Of a stretch of DNA of 64,000 nt, positions 31,240 through 41,277 are shown piece after piece. The number at the start of each line of letters is the position of its first letter. Position 1 is the first letter of the stretch. The notes below the pieces were generated by a model. That model ran no database searches and was not told where the DNA came from. It saw only the letters and a program-made list of their open reading frames with translations. Source of the DNA: Pirellulales bacterium (GTDB taxonomy: Bacteria > Planctomycetota > Planctomycetia > Pirellulales > Lacipirellulaceae); assembly GCA_041737535.1 (NCBI GenBank), contig JBGSRO010000107.1, positions 6,399 through 70,398 on the forward strand, given 5' to 3'. A program made the position numbers and the translations under genes.

Positions 31240-32106
31240 ATGACACAACTATCGAGACACTTGCCGCTAGTCGTCGCGTTAATCCTTCCGTTGATGACGA
31301 GGGCCGAGGACGCGGCGACAATGACGGCGACTTCAGAGACGATGACGTATAAGCAAGTCGACCAGCATGAGCTGAAACTCTCGATTGAAAAGCCGGTCGA
31401 TTGGAAGCCATCAGACAAGCGTCCGGCGATCGTTTTCTTTTTCGGCGGTGGTTGGGTCGGCGGAGCGGCCGAACAATTTCTCGAACAGAGCCGCCATTTC
31501 GCGTCGCGCGGCATGGTCGGCATTCGCGTAACTTATCGAACAATACCCAAGGGGGACAAAGGTCCACCAATCCTTCCTTGTCGCGACGCAAAATCGGCGA
31601 TGCGATTTGTTCGTTCGCACGCGGCCGAACTGGGCATCGACCCTGACCGCATCGCGGCCGCCGGTGGCTCGGCGGGAGGGCACCTCGCGGCCTACGTATC
31701 CATGGTCGATGGCACGGACAGCGAGATCGACGATCCGGCCGACGACACGAGCGTTTCGCCGCGTGGGAATGCGATGGTGCTATTCAATCCGGTTCTTGAT
31801 AATGGCCCGAAGGGTGGTTGGGGACACAGCCGCGTCGGCGACCGCTACCAAGAATTCTCGCCCGCTCACAATATTTCGGCCGACGATCCGCCGGCGATCG
31901 TTTTTCTAGGCAGCTCAGACCATTTGATTGGTGTTTCGGTCGTCGAGCGCTTCGAGACCAACATGAGGCAAGCGGGCGTGCGGTGTGAAACGCACATTTA
32001 CGACGGCGCAGGACATGGGTTTTTCAACAACGAGCCTTATCGCACCAAAACGCTCCGCGAGGCAGACGACTTTCTTGTCTCGCTTGGCTGGCTCAAGCCC
32101 GAATAG
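31240..32106 (+). CDS. Secreted alpha/beta-hydrolase (esterase/lipase, HSL-like)
   Basis: Signal peptide. Oxyanion-hole FFGGGW. Nucleophile elbow GGSAGGH. C-terminal DGAGHGF (His of the catalytic triad). Confidence 0.75.
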   Translation: MTQLSRHLPLVVALILPLMTRAEDAATMTATSETMTYKQVDQHELKLSIEKPVDWKPSDKRPAIVFFFGGGWVGGAAEQFLEQSRHFASRGMVGIRVTYRTIPKGDKGPPILPCRDAKSAMRFVRSHAAELGIDPDRIAAAGGSAGGHLAAYVSMVDGTDSEIDDPADDTSVSPRGNAMVLFNPVLDNGPKGGWGHSRVGDRYQEFSPAHNISADDPPAIVFLGSSDHLIGVSVVERFETNMRQAGVRCETHIYDGAGHGFFNNEPYRTKTLREADDFLVSLGWLKPE

Positions 32107-32941
32107 TGATTGCTTCGCGATTGGCGAGTGGCTCAACCAGTCGCTCTGAACGTCCGTAGAGGTAGACAAACAATACCGACCCGGCCGACAAAATGTGCCA
32201 CAGTGCGTGTCCCTGCCATAGCGAACTGGGAAAGCAAAGCGGCCCACCGGTGCGGCTTGGCAGCCACGCGGCGTAAGCGGCCAGAAAGAAGGCAACCGCC
32301 CAGCCAAGATAACTGAGCGTCGTCGTGTAGTGGCGCCGATTACAGTAGCGAGTGACCAACTCCAGCGCAATCGCCAACACGACCAGTAGGCCAAACAAAT
32401 CAGAGTTGCCAAAGCCGGTCATCTTTAGCGGCACAAAGACCCTAACCGCCAGTAGCGTCGCGATGGGAATGAAGAAAGCGAGGAATATGAGCGGATCGCG
32501 ACGCCCGACCAGCCTCATTCCCGAGTACCCCAACGCCCACGTCGCCCAGACGAACATCGAATAGATATCGACATTGCCTCCCCAAGCGGTAGTCGACGCA
32601 TGCATTGCCCCGCTCCCCATTCCAATGAGCGTTCCGGTCACTGCGTAAGTCGTCGTGAAGAACCGGCTCGTGACGACAGGGTTCGCGAAACTCGGCAACT
32701 TGGGTTTTGCCAAATCGCGCCCCGCATGAATCGCTATCGCAATCGCCACAGCGACAAACCCGAGATTGCTCCAGGTGTTTGCCGGCTGTTTGACTGGTCC
32801 GGTGCGGAGCGTCTCACAAAAGTTGAGCGCCGATACGCCTGTCTGCCCAGGCCAGCCAGTCAGCGCCAAATAACAGAGCAGAGCAAAGAGCACAATTGAG
32901 ACAAGCGAGGTCACAACAATTGGAAACGGATCGAATTTCAT
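32093..32941 (-). CDS. Polytopic membrane protein (ceramidase/hemolysin-III-like?)
   Basis: Seven or more hydrophobic segments with conserved His residues (HAGRD, HALWHILSAG). Confidence 0.35.
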   Translation of the reverse strand: MKFDPFPIVVTSLVSIVLFALLCYLALTGWPGQTGVSALNFCETLRTGPVKQPANTWSNLGFVAVAIAIAIHAGRDLAKPKLPSFANPVVTSRFFTTTYAVTGTLIGMGSGAMHASTTAWGGNVDIYSMFVWATWALGYSGMRLVGRRDPLIFLAFFIPIATLLAVRVFVPLKMTGFGNSDLFGLLVVLAIALELVTRYCNRRHYTTTLSYLGWAVAFFLAAYAAWLPSRTGGPLCFPSSLWQGHALWHILSAGSVLFVYLYGRSERLVEPLANREAITIRA

Positions 32942-33028
32942 CGAAGCCCATTCTTGTTTCGGCGACGAGAAACATCGCTCGTCGGCTATTGGCGGATACG
33001 CTCATCATTTGCTTACTGACTTCATCGT

Positions 33029-34420
33029 TTATCGCTTCTCGTTCATCGTTTCCTTCTTTCCCGCATACTGATTCGTCGACAGCTTCGCACGAATTTTCTC
33101 TTTCAAGTTTTCGATAACCGATTGCTTGTCGGTGTGATCGAGAATTCGTTTGACAACGTGTTTTGCGCCTTGATCGCCCCAGCTTGCTCCATTCTCAAAG
33201 TAATACCGGGCCGCTTGGCCGACGATGTAAGAACCATAGCCGGCGGCAACGCCTTGGGGTAGGGCCGTTAAAACGGTACTCGCTCCCAGCGTCAAGCCTT
33301 TGATAAGGCTCGACGTCCAGCTCACGGCCAGTTCGCCCGCGATCACCCACCCGGCCGCTTTCAAGATCGACGTGACCAGTTTCACCGCGCCAGTCTTGGT
33401 AATCTCGATACCGTACATGCGCCCCATCATAATGACCATCGTCGCATCGATCGCCGAGCCACCGACGACATCGAATGCCGGATGGGGGTTGAGCGCTACC
33501 GCCACTGCCTTCAACCCGGCATACGTCCAAATCAGTTGTGTCGCTTTTTCGCTACGAAGCTGCACTCGAAGTGCCGCCATTCGATCGCTGCGGTCGGCGG
33601 CGAACATTGACGCATTGAGCGCCACCAACTCTTTGCCATCGCGCTCGAGCACTTCGACAATGCGCTCGCGGAGTTCGTCGATCTGCACGGGAGGCTTGCG
33701 CCACTCGCTGCGCGTGCTGCCATCGGCGCTTTCGATGATGTATTCGACCCGCCGCGGGTCGGCCTTGGTCGTCACTATATTTGCCGGATCGACGAGCCCG
33801 GCGAGCCGTTTTTCGCGAAACAGCGTGAGCAGCGAATCGAGTTCGTCGGGCGTGTAGAGGTCGGCTTTATTGAGTACCAGAATCAGCGGTTTGTAACTCG
33901 CAGCGAGTTCCACCAGTGCCGAGTATTCGGTTTCGTTCAGGTCGCTGTCGGTGACAAAGAGCACAAGGTCGGCCCGGCCGGCCACGTCGCGAGCCATCGC
34001 CGTGCGACTTGCGCCATCAACTTCGTTGAGCCCTGGCGTATCGAGCAGCACGATGCTCGAGTTCTCGAAGCCGGGCACACAGTAGCCAACCCCTTCCCAA
34101 GTCACATGCCAGACGTCTTTCGTCCAACCGCCACGAATGTCGACCGCAGTGGCGGCTCGCCCGACCAGTGCATTGATGAGCGCACTTTTGCCGGTGCTAA
34201 TTTCGCCAAAGATAGCGATCTCGACCCGCTGGTCGCGAAGCTTGGCGGCCATCTCACGCAAACCACGAATGTCGGCCGCGAGTGCCTCGCGCTCGCTATC
34301 TGTGCAGCCCTTGATACGCTCGAGTGCCGCCTCGACCGACCGCAGCGCAGCGCTGAGCTCGTCATCTTGAGGTTCCGCTTTGGAGATGGTCTCTGGCATG
34401 TCTGATATTGTCGCCGCCAT
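33029..34420 (-). CDS. GTP-binding protein (MMR_HSR1-type GTPase with C-terminal DUF697-like membrane domain)
   Basis: G1 GEISTGKSALINALVG. G3 DTPGL. G4 NKAD. C-terminal hydrophobic domain. Confidence 0.65.
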   Translation of the reverse strand: MAATISDMPETISKAEPQDDELSAALRSVEAALERIKGCTDSEREALAADIRGLREMAAKLRDQRVEIAIFGEISTGKSALINALVGRAATAVDIRGGWTKDVWHVTWEGVGYCVPGFENSSIVLLDTPGLNEVDGASRTAMARDVAGRADLVLFVTDSDLNETEYSALVELAASYKPLILVLNKADLYTPDELDSLLTLFREKRLAGLVDPANIVTTKADPRRVEYIIESADGSTRSEWRKPPVQIDELRERIVEVLERDGKELVALNASMFAADRSDRMAALRVQLRSEKATQLIWTYAGLKAVAVALNPHPAFDVVGGSAIDATMVIMMGRMYGIEITKTGAVKLVTSILKAAGWVIAGELAVSWTSSLIKGLTLGASTVLTALPQGVAAGYGSYIVGQAARYYFENGASWGDQGAKHVVKRILDHTDKQSVIENLKEKIRAKLSTNQYAGKKETMNEKR

Positions 34421-34459
34421 CGCGAAGAGGGTGGATCGGAGTTCAATGAGCCGCCATCG

Positions 34460-36022
34460 TCAAATGGGGGGTGGGTCGATATCGATTTCTTGCCTCCCGG
34501 TCGTAATCAGCTTTCGCAGCTCATCGACCCTGGTCAGGTCTTTCCACTGGCGGCGGGCCAGCTCGGCGATGCCTCCCGCCGTCGGCTTCATTTCGTTCTT
34601 GAAGTATTCCTTAAACACTCGGCCAATCCAGCGAGTCACAAGCGCCTGAACCAAGCCTTGTAGCAACTTCGCCGCCAGATAGCCCACGCCTGGAACCGTT
34701 ACAATGAGCCCCCCGATACCGGCCGTCACTGCCGGCGCGGCAACGCTCGCTCCGAGCATCGCGACCAAACTCTTCGCCATCTGTGAAAGGATTTCGATAA
34801 TCGCGTCGGCGTCAATTCTCTGCTTGTAAACGTCGGCAATGTCGAGCACCATCTTCACCGTGATCGCCGTGCCGCCGGCCATGTCGAGAAACGGAATTGG
34901 GTTAGCCGCCGTTGCTCCGGCGGCGGCCCACATGTATCGGTTGATGAGCCGTTCGGCTTCGTCGTCGAGCGCGAGCTGCACGCGCCCCTTCGCTTCGTCG
35001 ATGAGCCCCCGGCTCTGCATCAATAGGTTCATCAGCAGTAGCGACGCTCGTTCTCGAGTGACGATTTCGACCAACCGGTTCGCGAGTGGCGTAATGTCGG
35101 GGGGTTCTTTAATGGTCATTGCCTGCTCGCTTCCATCGGCCGAAACGCGCATCGCCACTCGCTCGACCGAGCGCGAACGAACCGCCAGCAGATCTTGGGA
35201 GAAGACTGGCGGACAGACTTGCTCGCGGAGTTGCCCCAACAGACCATCCAGTTGTGTCGGATCGTACCAATCGGCTTTGTTAAGGCAAACGAGCACTCGC
35301 TTTTGCATGTTGCCGAGCCGATCGAGTAAGTCGTGTTCGTAATCCTTCAGCGGTCCGTCGACGACCAACAGCACGAGGTCGGCCGTCTCGGCTGCCGCCA
35401 GCGCTTCGCGACCATGAATTTCGCCGGCCACTTCGGCAAGGCCGGGCGTGTCGGTCAATACTATCCGGTCACGACCCGGCCAATCGATTTGGCTGCGCGT
35501 AATGGTCGTCCCCCCGACGACCCCCGAGCAAAACACCTCGCGACCGGCGAGCGCATTGAGCAGCGAGCTTTTGCCGCTGCTAATGGTGCCAAATGAGATG
35601 ATTTCGATCGTCTGCGACTCGCGTTTTTCTTCAAGGTCGGTCACGGCATCGTGAATCTGTCGCTTGAGCGCGTCGCTGAGCCGTCCGCTCGCGAACATTC
35701 GTCCTGCGGAGAGATTCTCGTCGAGTTCCGATTGTTTGTCCTTCGCCGAAAGCTTCGTCGGGTCGGTCGCGCGCCGGGTTTCAGTTTTCTGCTTGCTGAG
35801 CGTGTTGCCATAGACCTTCGCCAGCAGCCATACGACGAGCGAAAGCAGCAGCAAAGCTCCGATTACGACGATCGCCAAGTAAAGATAACCGACCACGGCG
35901 TTCATCGCGGCGGCAGCCGCGTATTGCTCAATGACTTTTGGCGGCACCGTAACGAGCAAATAGCCAATGACCCCAAGCGTACAAACGAGTACGAGTCCAA
36001 AGGCAGTTTTTTGTCGGGGCAT
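34460..36022 (-). CDS. Membrane-anchored GTP-binding protein (paralog of 33029..34420)
   Basis: N-terminal TM helices. G1 GTISSGKSSLLNALAG. G3 DTPGL. G4 NKAD. DUF697-like C-terminus. Confidence 0.65.
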   Translation of the reverse strand: MPRQKTAFGLVLVCTLGVIGYLLVTVPPKVIEQYAAAAAMNAVVGYLYLAIVVIGALLLLSLVVWLLAKVYGNTLSKQKTETRRATDPTKLSAKDKQSELDENLSAGRMFASGRLSDALKRQIHDAVTDLEEKRESQTIEIISFGTISSGKSSLLNALAGREVFCSGVVGGTTITRSQIDWPGRDRIVLTDTPGLAEVAGEIHGREALAAAETADLVLLVVDGPLKDYEHDLLDRLGNMQKRVLVCLNKADWYDPTQLDGLLGQLREQVCPPVFSQDLLAVRSRSVERVAMRVSADGSEQAMTIKEPPDITPLANRLVEIVTRERASLLLMNLLMQSRGLIDEAKGRVQLALDDEAERLINRYMWAAAGATAANPIPFLDMAGGTAITVKMVLDIADVYKQRIDADAIIEILSQMAKSLVAMLGASVAAPAVTAGIGGLIVTVPGVGYLAAKLLQGLVQALVTRWIGRVFKEYFKNEMKPTAGGIAELARRQWKDLTRVDELRKLITTGRQEIDIDPPPI

Positions 36023-36295
36023 GGACAGGTGCGAGCTGCGATTGGCGGACGAGTAAGCGACGGGCGACGACCCATCAGTATAGTCGCAGTTTTCACGCCA
36101 CGGTGAGTGGACCCGCCCGCCGATGTCTCACTGCTTGCCGATGTCTTAGCGCAGCAAGTCGCAGCGACAGCCGAGACGTTAGTTTTGACCAGCGTGTGCA
36201 CGCAGCAACCGGCCGGCGACAATTCCCGCCTATGCGGGAATGACCGACACCACCAAGTTATTTTTAATTCATTCCTTAAGCGACCGTGCGAGCCG

Positions 36296-36907
36296 CTAAC
36301 CGCGCGGCAAAAAAGGCACGACGAGCAGTGTCAGCACAGCCACGACGGCCGCGATTGTGCCGCAAATTCTTGCGGCCGTGTCATTCTGGGCAGCCAATCG
36401 TGCTTGGTATTCGAGGCCCGGGATGAGGTAGAGGGTTTTACCGCTGGCGTTCGCGCGTTCGATCGCGGCCTCATCGCGGGCGTCAACGATGGCAACCTCG
36501 CGCACGCCGAGCTCGTCAATTTGCCGTAATTCGCCGTTGAACTCTCGCTGCCAAAACAAGAACGCCAGCCCGGGAGGTGCCTTTTCGATCATCGACTTTC
36601 GATCGGCAACAATCTTGTCTCCCCAATCTTCCCAGGTCGGTACGCGTGGCGTAGTCGACCATGCCCACAGGGCGACGAGCCCGAGCACCACTGAGACGAC
36701 TCCTCCAACACAGGCCCACTGCTTCCTAATCCCCCACGTCGTGCGTTGCGGCGCGGCTGCTGCGATGACCACTGCCAGCTCACGCAATTTGCGCAACGTC
36801 GGCACCGGCAACAACTTACCGCAAGTGCACTGCACCTCGCCCCCGGCCTGCTGGGGGCTCACAATGTGGTGCTCGCCGCAGGTACAATCGAGCCGGTAAG
36901 CGGGCAT
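36296..36907 (-). CDS. Zinc-ribbon membrane protein, hypothetical
   Basis: N-terminal CTCGEHH…CTCGK zinc-ribbon, internal TM helix, C-terminal TM helix. Confidence 0.4.
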   Translation of the reverse strand: MPAYRLDCTCGEHHIVSPQQAGGEVQCTCGKLLPVPTLRKLRELAVVIAAAAPQRTTWGIRKQWACVGGVVSVVLGLVALWAWSTTPRVPTWEDWGDKIVADRKSMIEKAPPGLAFLFWQREFNGELRQIDELGVREVAIVDARDEAAIERANASGKTLYLIPGLEYQARLAAQNDTAARICGTIAAVVAVLTLLVVPFLPRG

Positions 36908-37974
36908 GGCGACGCGAGCGTAAGGGCGGTGAGAAAGTCAGTTGTGCCGATTGCGTCGTTGCGCGGGTCACCAGGAGCGGCACCGTCGGTTGGCGGATCC
37001 TGGCAAGAGCGGTCGGACGATAGCTCCGCAGACTAACACTTTTTAACGGTTTTGCCTATGGACCGGCGCGTACCAGTGTTTACAATGATAGAGGTTCTCA
37101 CGCAAAGAACAGCTGCGGACGACGCCTAGGCCTCGTGACACAGCTTGGTTTTTGTTGAGTGAACGTTCGCGTTGACAACGTTGGTTTGGCGGGGCCATTC
37201 TTCCCACCTTAGGCCCGCCCCAACTTCAACCGCAACGGTGAGAGCTATCGGCATCTGCAGGAAGCGGGCCGATTGCCGCCGCGCGCAATCGAACCGCGAT
37301 TTGCGATTCCATTGTCCTGTCGGTTGGGATACAGCAGCGAAAGACCCCGTTGAAAAGACCCCGTTGACAGGATCCGCTTGACAATAGTTGGGCGTAAACA
37401 TTTCACCAAAACCCGAGCTCGTCATCGGCTTTTGGCGTTGTTGACACCGCATAATGAGATTTGTCGATCGGTGGTGAGGTAGGGCTGCTTAGAAAGATTG
37501 TCAGCGAGGTGAGTGGATAGCGAGGTGAGAGGATAGCAAGACAATCGGTTATGAGTGATGTCGCCAAGAGAATGAGAATCGTGGTCGGTGTCGTTGTGCG
37601 GCCAAACAAGCCATTCGACGAGCATCGACAACGCTCCCGCTAAAGTCTCGCTTACTGTAATCCCTTACTAAATAACAGTTAACCGCTGTTGCACAGAAAG
37701 TCGGTGTTAGAATTGGTTGCTCTGTCTTCGACTTTCGATCGCCGACGTACACGTCTCCATCAATCAGCGGGCCATGCACATTGCTTGCGTCAGATGCGCC
37801 CCGATGGCGAGTGGTTGGGTCAGTTTTCGCCGATCCTCCGCGACCAGTTTTTGGTGACACTTGATTGGCTTGTTTTTTCCCGAGCGGTGGCCGCGAGGAT
37901 AGTGGCTGTGCCGGTCTATTGCCGCTGTTCGGTTAAATAATAACATTTTTGCGTAGTGCCTTTTTGCCAGGAGT

Positions 37975-39543
37975 TTGAACTTGTACGACGCACTTTTAGA
38001 TCACGACCTCGACGACGACGTCACCAGTGGCGACGACGTGAGCTTGTTTCAAGGACGCTTGGAAAAAGATGACGACGACGATGGCCGAATCTCGGCGGTC
38101 GAGCCGATCGAGGATTCGTCGGAGGAGGACGACGACGATAGCGATGGTCCGCTCGATGGGGGCGAAAACGAATCGTGGTCCGATGACCCAGTGCGGATGT
38201 ACCTGACGCAGATGGGCGAAATCCCGCTGTTGACCCGCCGCGAAGAAATCACCCTCGCTCGTCGCATCGAGATCACTCGTGCCGCTTTCCGACGTAAACT
38301 GCTTTGCTGTGACTACGTGATTCGCAAAGCGGTCAAAATCCTGAGCCGCGTTCATCGTGGCGAGCTTCCCTTCGACCGCACGGTGCAGGTGTCGGTGACT
38401 GATCGGCTCGAAAAAGAGCAAATCCTTGGCCGGTTGCCTCACAATCTCAAGACGCTTGAGGTGTTGCTCGAGCAAAACGTCGACGACTTCCGCATCGCTA
38501 GTAGCAAGTCCTATAAGCCGGCCCAACGTAAAGCGGCTTGGCAACGGCTCGCCCGCCGTCGTTGTCGGGCGGTCCGCTTGGTCGAAGAACTCGGCCTGCG
38601 AACCGGACGTCTTGAGACCGAAATCGAAACGCTCTCGAAGTTCAGCCAACGGGTCGACCAGCTCAAGGCCCAACTCGACGAGATGCGATCGAACCGTCGC
38701 CCGATGTCGGAGCGTAAGCCACTTCTGATCGAATATCGCAACATCCTCAAGACATTGCAAGAAACGCCTACCAGTCTGCGGACGCGCGTGCGTCAACTTC
38801 GCGAAATCTATAACAAATACCAAAAGGCGAAGCGGGGACTTAGCGAAGGCAACTTGCGTTTGGTCGTTTCGATCGCCAAGAAGTATCGCAACCGTGGGCT
38901 GTCGTTCCTCGACTTGATTCAAGAAGGCAACGCCGGCCTGATGCGGGCGGTCGACAAGTTCGAGTACCGTCGCGGGTTCAAATTCTGCACCTATGCGACT
39001 TGGTGGATTCGCCAGGCGATCACCCGCGCTGTGGCTGACCAGAGCCGCACGATTCGCATTCCCGTTCACATGGTCGAAACCATGAGCCGGGTCCGCAACG
39101 TTTCGCGGACGTTGCTTCAGCGACTGGGCCGCGAACCATCGATCGAAGAAACGGCCCGCGCCGCCGAGTGTACGATAGAAGAAGCCCGCCGGGTGCTCGC
39201 GATGAGCCGCTATCCGATTAGCCTCGACCGGCCGGTCGGCAATAGCGAGGACAGCCACTTCGGCGACCTGCTCCCCGACGGCGGTGCCGAGAGCCCCGCG
39301 ATCGGCGCCACGCAAGAAATGTTGCGAGGCCAAATTTCGAAAGTTCTCAAGACACTTAGCTATCGCGAACGTGAGATCATTAAGCTCCGCTATGGCTTGG
39401 GCGATGGTTACAGCTATACGCTCGAAGAAGTGGGGCACATCTTCAAAGTGACCCGCGAGCGGATTCGCCAAATTGAGGCCAAAGCCGTCCGCAAACTTCA
39501 GCAACCAAGCCGCAGTGCCGAACTGTTGGGCTTCTTGGATTAA
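37975..39543 (+). CDS. rpoD: RNA polymerase primary sigma factor
   Basis: TTG start. Acidic N-terminus. Regions 1.2 to 4 including [40 protein letters not shown] and the region-4 HTH. Confidence 0.9.
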   Translation: MNLYDALLDHDLDDDVTSGDDVSLFQGRLEKDDDDDGRISAVEPIEDSSEEDDDDSDGPLDGGENESWSDDPVRMYLTQMGEIPLLTRREEITLARRIEITRAAFRRKLLCCDYVIRKAVKILSRVHRGELPFDRTVQVSVTDRLEKEQILGRLPHNLKTLEVLLEQNVDDFRIASSKSYKPAQRKAAWQRLARRRCRAVRLVEELGLRTGRLETEIETLSKFSQRVDQLKAQLDEMRSNRRPMSERKPLLIEYRNILKTLQETPTSLRTRVRQLREIYNKYQKAKRGLSEGNLRLVVSIAKKYRNRGLSFLDLIQEGNAGLMRAVDKFEYRRGFKFCTYATWWIRQAITRAVADQSRTIRIPVHMVETMSRVRNVSRTLLQRLGREPSIEETARAAECTIEEARRVLAMSRYPISLDRPVGNSEDSHFGDLLPDGGAESPAIGATQEMLRGQISKVLKTLSYREREIIKLRYGLGDGYSYTLEEVGHIFKVTRERIRQIEAKAVRKLQQPSRSAELLGFLD

Positions 39544-40337
39544 AGAGGCCACCTCAACACTGTTCGTCGCGCGACGTGCGGCTCGGCCGTTATGGTAGTT
39601 TGCGTGAAATGCATTGCTCGCTGTGGTCGGGCTATGCGCTTGCCATTTGTTAAGCAGACTAATACCACAGCGCTAGGTTCAGTCGCGAGTCTTGCCGTTT
39701 GATTGCCAGAAGAAATACAAAAAGCCACAAGAATACCGAGCAGAATGTCGCTTCTGATCAGTGCAAGATTTCTTGAAAAGCGCTCCGTTGTCCGTCGGCG
39801 TCAAGCAGTGACTCTTATGCGTTTTTCGTGGCTTTCTAGGTGCAGGGTGTTCGACCCAATGGGGCAACCTTGCGCTGTCGTACTAACTCGCCGCTGATGA
39901 TTTCATCGACGGCCGCGTCGTCGTTATGGTCGTTCTCGTTCACCGGGTCCTTGGCGCTGTTGTCGCGTAGCCGGCCAACGTCGCTACTGCCTGCGGTGCC
40001 GATGTTGTTGAACAACGCAAACTTGGCGTAGCCGTGGTCGGCGACATACAGCCGGTCCGACTCGAAGGTGGACTCCAGCACGGCCCGCTCGTCGTACTCT
40101 CCCCCGCCAGCGGGCGTCACATCGATGAGCGTGGGCACACGCTTGAATGTTTCAAAGTAAGCATCGACGGAGCCATCCGCCGTCGATAGCTGATGTCGGC
40201 CGCTGATGTCGGCCGTAAGTTAATGCGCGGCAATCAGCTGCGACAAATGGTAATTCGTGACTGGGATGCGTGACTGGGATGCGTGACCCCCGGTCGCTGG
40301 ATGATGATAAGACTCGGGTTCGTTCCTACCCAAGATC

Positions 40338-41060
40338 TCACCAAGGCGATCGCGTAAACAACGACAACTTTGAACCGCGCCAATCGGCTTCGGTGTACCA
40401 CCGAATTTCGTGAAACTCGGTCGCATTACACGTTAACCACTCATCCACCTGCCTGATTACTGCGAGTAGACCCACAGGCACATGTGATGGCAGCTGAATA
40501 AGCCACGTCGAGTCGCCCGGATTCTCGCGAGCGATTTGCACCGGATGGAAATAATGCTCAAACCACGCGAATTCGAAAGAGGCGGCATTCTTCGAACCAT
40601 TGATGTCTTTGAACTTAACCGGTGCGTAGCAGTGAGTTGCGAGATGGCGACGCAGGCTCTCACTCATGTTAGCTGCCGAATCGAACGTCGCCTCGAATGT
40701 CACGTAGTTGCGCCATAGTGGAGCAGCGTCGGCGGGCGGATTGCGGTCACACTGTTTACGTAGGCCTAGCTCGGCGAGAGTGCGCAGCACACTACCATCA
40801 TCGCCGCGATAACGAATGCAGTCCGACTCCGAGAAAAGGATTGCTGAGATTGCCTGTTTCAACTCCTGCGAACAAGTCGGCTGGCGTTTCACAAAGCAGT
40901 GGTTTCCGGAATCGTACGCAAAGAGTTCGGGAGCTTCCTCCATCGGCACGTCGCACGACATACAGCAACCAGCCCGGACGTAGAACGGGCCTTCGACGTT
41001 ACGAGGGTGTTGCATCGTTGGTTCAGGCATAAAATTTTGCATCGTCATGGCCGCAAACAA
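40338..41060 (-). CDS. Hypothetical protein with N-terminal ferredoxin-like Cys motif
   Basis: PFYVRAGCCMSCDVPMEEAPELF resembles single-cluster ferredoxin-like domains. The remainder is unassigned. Confidence 0.35.
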   Translation of the reverse strand: MFAAMTMQNFMPEPTMQHPRNVEGPFYVRAGCCMSCDVPMEEAPELFAYDSGNHCFVKRQPTCSQELKQAISAILFSESDCIRYRGDDGSVLRTLAELGLRKQCDRNPPADAAPLWRNYVTFEATFDSAANMSESLRRHLATHCYAPVKFKDINGSKNAASFEFAWFEHYFHPVQIARENPGDSTWLIQLPSHVPVGLLAVIRQVDEWLTCNATEFHEIRWYTEADWRGSKLSLFTRSPW

Positions 41061-41277
41061 TCACAGCCAACGGGTGGCGCTACTTGTAACGATTAGTGTC
41101 CCGAGGACCCACCACAGTTGCAACATCGCGTGCCACGATCCCAGCGAAACCCCCCAAGATTTCAGAATTCTCCGCGAATAGCTGCCAACGGACCCCTGCA
41201 CTACAGTAAGTAATAGTAGTGTGGGCTTCGGCTCAGAACCGTCAATCGACTACAAATCCACCCCAGAGAGGTTCACC

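Noticed and set aside
37996-39552. 518-aa minus-strand ORF
   Set aside because: Antisense shadow of rpoD. Arg/Ala-rich composition with no motifs. The + strand frame has unmistakable sigma-70 regions.
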